A stretch of 63,985 nt of DNA, counting the filler, from Reclinomonas americana ATCC 50394 (taxonomy: Eukaryota): the NCBI GenBank assembly GCA_048213135.1. It is 6 parts of 3 records of this genome, joined end to end, with 100 filler letters (N's around TTAATTAATTAA, not from the genome) between each part and the next. Parts side by side here need not be neighbours in the genome. Positions count along the whole stretch, not along the records: positions 56,514 to 60,787 come from PS015119.1; positions 60,888 to 62,170 come from PS015123.1; positions 62,271 to 63,985 come from PS015126.1; 3 more parts are not named here. The stretch is one strand, 5' to 3'. The notes below the pieces were generated by a model. That model saw only the letters and a list, made by a program, of their open reading frames with translations, was not told the DNA's origin and did not search any database. The translations under genes were made by a program, and so were the position numbers. Of this stretch, positions 58,649 to 63,985 are shown piece after piece. Position 1 is the first letter of the stretch. Each line of letters starts with the position of its first letter.

Positions 58649-59668
58649 ATGTCGAGACGATCGTCTGCGGCCGGCAGTCGACGATCACAAGTCGCTACTG
58701 CTTCGGCTGCTGCTGAAGATGAACCGCCATCATCATCGTCGTCTTCATCGTCGTCTGCTGGTGAGGTGGCGATCGGTCAGGCGTGCTTGTTTGAGGGCAT
58801 GCCGGCGATCGTGCGCTTCGTGGGGCAGTGCCACTTCAAGCCGGGCGAGTTTGTGGGCCTGGAGCTCAGTGAACCACGTTGCGTGCGTGCATCATCGATG
58901 ATCGACACTGCTGGTGGCAGTGGTGGTGAGTTGTCTGCTGCTGCAGGTGGCCTGAACGATGGATCGGTCGGTGGTGTGCGGTACTTTGCGTGTGCGCCAC
59001 AGCACGGCCTCTTTTGTCGACGCAAGGTGCTGACGCTGGGCAAGGTGAGCGAGCGATTGCGATGGTCTCTCTCGCCAGAGGTCGATCGGTGGTGATGTGT
59101 ATGTGTGTGCGCAGGATGTGCGCAGCCGGACGGCCATCCGGCGGCTCGAGTTGTTCAAGAACCACTGGGCAGCCGGTGTGTATCGATGCCGATCGTGCGG
59201 ACAGGTGCTGTTCCAGTCCGATGCCAAGTTCGAGGTGCCGACATCGCCGTGGCCGTCATTTCGACAGGCTGCGAGCGACGAGTCGGTGAGCATGTAGGCA
59301 GGATGAGGAGTAGCATGGGATGGCGTCGTGTGTCGCTCATGGTGTGTGTGTGTGTGTACATGATGCATGCAGGTGAAAATCGTGGCTCGTGACAAGGGCG
59401 CGCCAGAGGTACTGTGTAGCCGATGCAACACTCTCGTTGGCCACCAGTTCGAGGAGAAGACGGGTGCGGTTGATATCATTAACATCATTAACTTCTATTA
59501 TCTTCACTGGTTTACGTTCTCACCAGGGGGGTGTTTTCTCTATCCGGACGCACAGGCACTCGATTCTGAGTGGAGTCATGCGCCTTGGAGTTCGCCGATG
59601 ACACCGGAAAGGTGTTGGAGGTGGACGACAAGGCGCCGGCAGCCTCCGACTCGCCACCCGCGTCGTAG
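58649..59668 (+). CDS. MSRB1: CAP-Gly domain fused to a selenocysteine-containing methionine-R-sulfoxide reductase (MsrB1/SelR type)
   Basis: Exons 58649-58877, 58947-59044, 59115-59285, 59373-59463 and 59556-59668, all GT-AG and in frame. CAP-Gly: VRFVGQCHFKPGEFVGLELSEPRGLNDGSVGGVRYF..HGLF. MsrB: FKNHWAAGVYRCRSCGQVLFQSDAKF..SPWPSF..EVLCSRCNTLVGHQF..GTRF[TGA 59567-59569]VESCALEF. Stop TAG at 59666-59668. Confidence 0.88.
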
Positions 59669-59711
59669 ACGACGGGCGTGTCGCCACTGCTGATCCCTCG
59701 GCGCACTTCGG

Positions 59712-59779
59712 ATGATGTTGACCGTGTTACGGAAAAAACTAATTGTTGGTGCATACCGCACCGCCGGCGGTCGACGGAT
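59712..59779 (+). promoter_or_regulatory. SECIS-like element in the 3' UTR
   Basis: ATGA at 59712-59715; stem TGTTGACCG (59716-24) pairs with CGGTCGACG (59768-76); GA at 59777-78; unpaired A-run at 59733-38; apical mini-stem GGTGC/GCACC. Confidence 0.7.
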
Positions 59780-59932
59780 GATATTATTGTTGTGGTTGTT
59801 GTTGCTGGATCCTTGTTGTTGGTGGCGTTGGTGGGAGAGTGAACGGAGTTGCACTGTACAGAACCACGCGTACATATTAGACCACACGATACACACAACA
59901 GCTCGCCAGTGTGTTTGTCAAACTCACCTCCT

Positions 59933-60411
59933 TCAACGAATGTAGTCGTTGTCGTAGTGCATGCGCGCCGACATTGGCTGCACCACAGATGCCGAACTGG
60001 CCGGCATCGCATTCACATATCGCGGTGTCCCGCTATCGCGAGGCGACTGCTGCAACGCCACTCGCTGCATCCGCAGCAGCAACGACGGCAGCGTCGTGGT
60101 CGTCGACACGCAAGTGGAGTCGGCGGCTCTGAGGCGGCGCGACGGCGAGAAGCGACTCGTTCGTTTCTCGCCCACCTTGCCGGTCACCGCATGATGTTGC
60201 CGCCGCTTGCCCGCCTCACCATCGTCGTCCACAAACACCGCCCGCCCACTGTCGACCGTGTCAAACGAAAAGCTCTCCCCATCATCGCCGAGCGTCATCC
60301 TCTTGCGATGTGAAGTCACGTGCGACCGTTTATCGCTATAGTCGCAGCTGTCCATCTCCTCAAGAGCGCTATCGAGGCCATGATCGCCACCGTCAAAATC
60401 ACAATCACCCT

Positions 60412-60443
<32 letters not shown>

Positions 60444-60787
60444 GCATCACAGCGCACGTGTCCGGGATTGTCGGGTTCGTTGTCGCCGAGTGTCACCACA
60501 AGCGAAGGCGGCACGCTCTCCAGTTCGATCTCCAACGGAGGTGCTGCGGCTGAGGCGATCGACAGGCCACCGACAAAAGGCTCGGCTCTTGGCGACAGTG
60601 GCAAGGAGAGTGGCGCAGCTGTACCGTCGTCCTCTTGCTCCACATCCTTGTACACAAACAGCAACTCCTCGTCCAGAGCACTGAGACGATGCAGATCGAG
60701 TGGGGGAATCGAGATGCTGGAACGCCGTGACACCGAGCAACCAATCCCCAACTGCTGCATGCCGTCGTCGTCTTCGTCCAGCTGACC
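59933..60787 (-). CDS. 3' fragment of an acidic low-complexity protein
   Basis: Open frame of at least 275 aa running from the contig edge to a stop at 59933. No family recognised. Confidence 0.5.
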
Positions 60788-61147
60788 NNNNNNNNNNNNN
60801 NNNNNNNNNNNNNNNNNNNNNNNNNNNNNNNTTAATTAATTAANNNNNNNNNNNNNNNNNNNNNNNNNNNNNNNNNNNNNNNNNNNNTGGCACACATAAC
60901 CTTGGTTGTCATTCGCGTTAGGGAGGCGTGTGTGTGCGAGAGAGAGAGAGCGTGTGTATGCGTGTGTAGTGTGCGCTATGCAGTCTGATTCATCCGACGA
61001 AACATCGTCTCGGTTGCAATCTCGCTGCATTGTGATGTGTCTGCTTTCCGGCTTCCTCCACTTCGCAGGGCAACACCAGCGTGCACATGAAGCAGTGTGG
61101 CAGTCAACATGACAGCAACGAGCGGCTGTACATTCACTCGGTTCACT

Positions 61148-61627
61148 CTACCATGCAGGCGCACGGCGTTCAATCACCTCTGCATCCTCCAACACAAAGC
61201 ACCGCAGCACGACGTCGATGAGAATCCAGTCACGGTCGTCGTCGGCAAGCAGCTCGTTGATGGCCAGCACGGCCAGTCTTGCGACCGCAAGCTCTTGTCG
61301 GGCCAGCACACGCGGCGTGGACCACACTCGGATCGAATTATCCTCACTCCCACTCACAATGTGCTGGCCATCGGGAGTGACAGCGACAGACCGCACCCAG
61401 CTTGTGTGCCCATCAAACTGTCGCGCCTGTTGGCCACTCGCCAGCGACCACACACGCACCGTCTTGTCAGTACTTCCACTCACGACGTACTGGCCATCGA
61501 AAGTGAGGGTGACAGAAAGCACAGCACCGCCGTGTCCTTCCATCCGCCGCACCTCCTCCCCACTCGCCAATGACCACACACGCACTGTCCTGTCCCCGCT
61601 CCCACTCACGATGCGATGACCATCGGG
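61148..61627 (-). CDS. WD40 repeat protein, 3' fragment
   Basis: Repeats PDG..IVSGS.D.TVRVWSLASG..GH...V.SV, followed by a helical tail and stop. Confidence 0.85.
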   Translation of the reverse strand, partial: PDGHRIVSGSGDRTVRVWSLASGEEVRRMEGHGGAVLSVTLTFDGQYVVSGSTDKTVRVWSLASGQQARQFDGHTSWVRSVAVTPDGQHIVSGSEDNSIRVWSTPRVLARQELAVARLAVLAINELLADDDRDWILIDVVLRCFVLEDAEVIERRAPAW

Positions 61628-61840
61628 NNNNNNNNNNNNNNNNNNNNNNNNNNNNNNNNNNNNNNNNNNNNNNNNNNNNNNNNNNNNNNNNNNNNNNNNN
61701 NNNNNNNNNNNNNNNNNNNNNNNNNNNNNNNNNNNNNNNNNNNNNNNNNNNNNNNNNNNNNNNNNNNNNNNNNNNNNNNNNNNNNNNNNNNNNNNNNNNN
61801 NNNNNNNNNNNNNNNNNNNNNNNNNNNNNNNNNNNNNNNN

Positions 61841-62170
61841 GAGTGGTCTCTGGCGAGTGGAAAACGAGTGAGACAGTTTGAGGAAGTATACGGAGGAGTG
61901 CTTGCTGTTGCTGTTGCTCCCGATTCGCAGCACGTCGTGAGCGGAAGCCAAGACGGGTCTGTGCGTGTGTGGTCGCTGGCAAGTGGCGAGGAGATGAGCC
62001 AGTGGGAAGGAAGCACGAGTGCAGTGCTGTCGGTTGCTGTCACTCCCGACAGCCAGCACATCGTGAGCGGGGGTGAGGAGAACACAGTGCGGATGTGGTC
62101 TCTCGTGAGTGGTGAGGAAGTGCGTCGGTTCGAGGGGCACACTGATAGAGTATGGTCTGTCGCCGTCTCT
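61841..62170 (+). CDS. WD40 repeat fragment (same repeat family as 61148-61627, opposite orientation)
   Basis: WSLASG..VLAVAVAPDSQHVVSGSQDGSVRVWSLASGEE..FEGHTDRVWSVAVS. Confidence 0.8.
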
Positions 62171-62599
62171 NNNNNNNNNNNNNNNNNNNNNNNNNNNNNN
62201 NNNNNNNNNNNNNNTTAATTAATTAANNNNNNNNNNNNNNNNNNNNNNNNNNNNNNNNNNNNNNNNNNNNCGAGGGTGTTTGAGTGGAGGGGGGAGAAGG
62301 AGAATGGGAGGATGATGGAGAAGGAGGGAGTGCAGGGGATGAGCTTGCGTGTGACTGTGTTGGAGGTGTGGCGAAAAGGGGGGATGAGAAAAGGCATGAG
62401 AAAGGAGAAGCGGAGATGCAGGAAGGGGCGGAGAATGAGAGAGAGTGAGAAACGAGTTTGTTTGTGTGATTGTGATGGTGATTTGAGGTGGAGAGGGGGA
62501 GAGAAGGAGAAGGGGAGATGCAGGGAGGAGGCGCATGAAGGGATGAACTGCTGAGTTCTCCAATGTACAGCGTTCATTATCACGGTGTGTTTATTCACT

Positions 62600-63948
62600 C
62601 TATTCATTAGCAATTCAAGACCAGAAGAAACAACGAGTGGTGGTGCACAAATACACTGAGAACCGCGCGACTCTCAACGCGATGCTGGGCTCTGCGACTG
62701 GTCAAATCCGACGTCATCCTGTCAAGTGAGAATGTGTGAAAGACAGAGCAAGGGGAAACAGGAATAACGTGAGCCACTGCCACTCGGAGCCAACAAGAAA
62801 GCAGAGAAAGAAATACCTGTTGGTGACTGCAAAATGAAATCACACTCGTAGAGCGACGATAATGTTGTGAAGAACTCCCCGATATCGTCGACTAGCAACG
62901 ATGATGATGTGCCTGCAGGGGCGTGAAAAGGTAAGAGATAGAGAGCAACTACCGAAAGAGCCGCCACCCATCAAGACTAATGGCAGGCAAACTGAGCACA
63001 CCTTTAAGCGATTGACTTACAAAGCAACAATGTGCTTGCCCGTCAACGAACAAGCGACAACGGAATCCTGTCAGAGAGAGAGAAGCAGAACAGTGCCGAC
63101 GTGAGCAACAGTCCCTCGACAAAACCACAACCGACATGCAAGAGACCGGGAGAAAGGGAGAGAGAGGGGAGAGAGGGAGAGAGAGGGGAGAAAGGGAGGG
63201 AGGGAGAGGGAGAAAGAGAGGGAGAGAGGGAGAGAAAGGGAGAGAGGGAGAGAGGGAGAGGGAGAGAGGGAGAACGAGAGGGAGAGGGGGGAGGGGGAAC
63301 AGATCTAGAACATCACCAACGAGAGTAAAATTTCTTGACAACACCACAAGAGACATGTTGGTTAAGCGTATCTGCGACAGAGAGAGAGAGAAAGAGAGAG
63401 CAACAAGCAGCCAGGCGGACAAGGAAGGAGAGAAACGTTGAAGCTAAAAGAGAAAGAGGACAGAAACATAGAGAGCGAGAGTAACAGATCGAAGTAAGAG
63501 ACTCTCCGCATCAAATGATCCCGGAGAGATGAAGGTGATGGCTTCTCGCTGTGACCATCACCATGAGAGATATGAGGGACAAACGCAAACCCGCTCACTC
63601 GCATCGAAATCTCCAGACAACGAGACAGTCCCACTTGCTATCAGCCGCAAACTCACGTGTCGCGCGCGCAGTGCTTGATCGAGAAAAGCAGCCAATCCAA
63701 CCTCACACAACACACATCTCTCTCATCATCTCTCCCACTACCGGCCCTCTTGCTTTCCTGAAATCACAACCACAGCAGAAGACAGCTCCACGTAAGGGAC
63801 AACTGAATGTTTTGAGACGGGAGACCGGAGTAAACAACTGGAAAAGTTCACTCAACAAAGACAGAAGTTGGACGGCGCCGGTAAAAGGAGAGGATGTACA
63901 GTATACGTACACAAGCAACCGTGCGCTTCGAGGATCAAGGCGACAGAT
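62600..63948 (-). CDS. Probable exons of an unidentified spliced gene
   Basis: Short open exons (e.g. IRLTNMSLVVLSRNFTLVGDVLD) are flanked by CT-rich introns ending in CAG. No family recognised. Confidence 0.3.
63145..63298. repeat. GA-rich degenerate (GGAGAG)n low-complexity tract
   Basis: Seen directly. Confidence 0.85.
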
Positions 63949-63985
63949 CTGAGAGGAAGAGTGTGTGTGAGAGGGGTAGGATGGA

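Noticed and set aside
59567-59569. TGA as a true stop or pseudogene lesion in MsrB
   Set aside because: It falls exactly at the catalytic residue, MsrB-like sequence continues after it, Sec-type residue signatures are present, and a SECIS-like hairpin follows.

Overview
Draft genomic sequence of an intron-rich, GC-rich, very gene-dense unicellular eukaryote. Introns are mostly ~60-100 nt and GT-AG, and CA/CT microsatellites are abundant. The window is a pseudomolecule: five artificial N-TTAATTAATTAA-N spacers and several N gaps join at least six pieces. About 23 spliced genes or gene fragments can be reconstructed by eye: an RPA1-like OB-fold protein; a secreted Gly-rich/Ig-like/cadherin-like/BNR mosaic protein; a tail-to-tail pair of nucleotide-diphospho-sugar transferases; a tail-anchored TPR protein; an ET-type GIY-YIG protein; an atypical Rho GTPase; a giant FN3-array/GAS2/VIT/vWA protein; an LtrA-family protein; a BBE-like oxidase; kinesin-14; a mitochondrial carrier; riboflavin kinase; an ADF-H protein; kinesin-13; methylmalonyl-CoA epimerase; and WD40 repeat fragments. 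The standout is a five-exon gene (58649-59668) that the ORF track breaks apart. It encodes a CAP-Gly microtubule-binding domain fused to an MsrB1-type methionine-R-sulfoxide reductase whose catalytic codon is an in-frame TGA (selenocysteine, G-T-R-F-U-V-E-S-C), and a SECIS-like hairpin follows in the 3' UTR. A second window-wide signal is a frequent atypical 5' splice-site class, GTTGCG(T). All family calls come from motif recognition by eye, not database searches.
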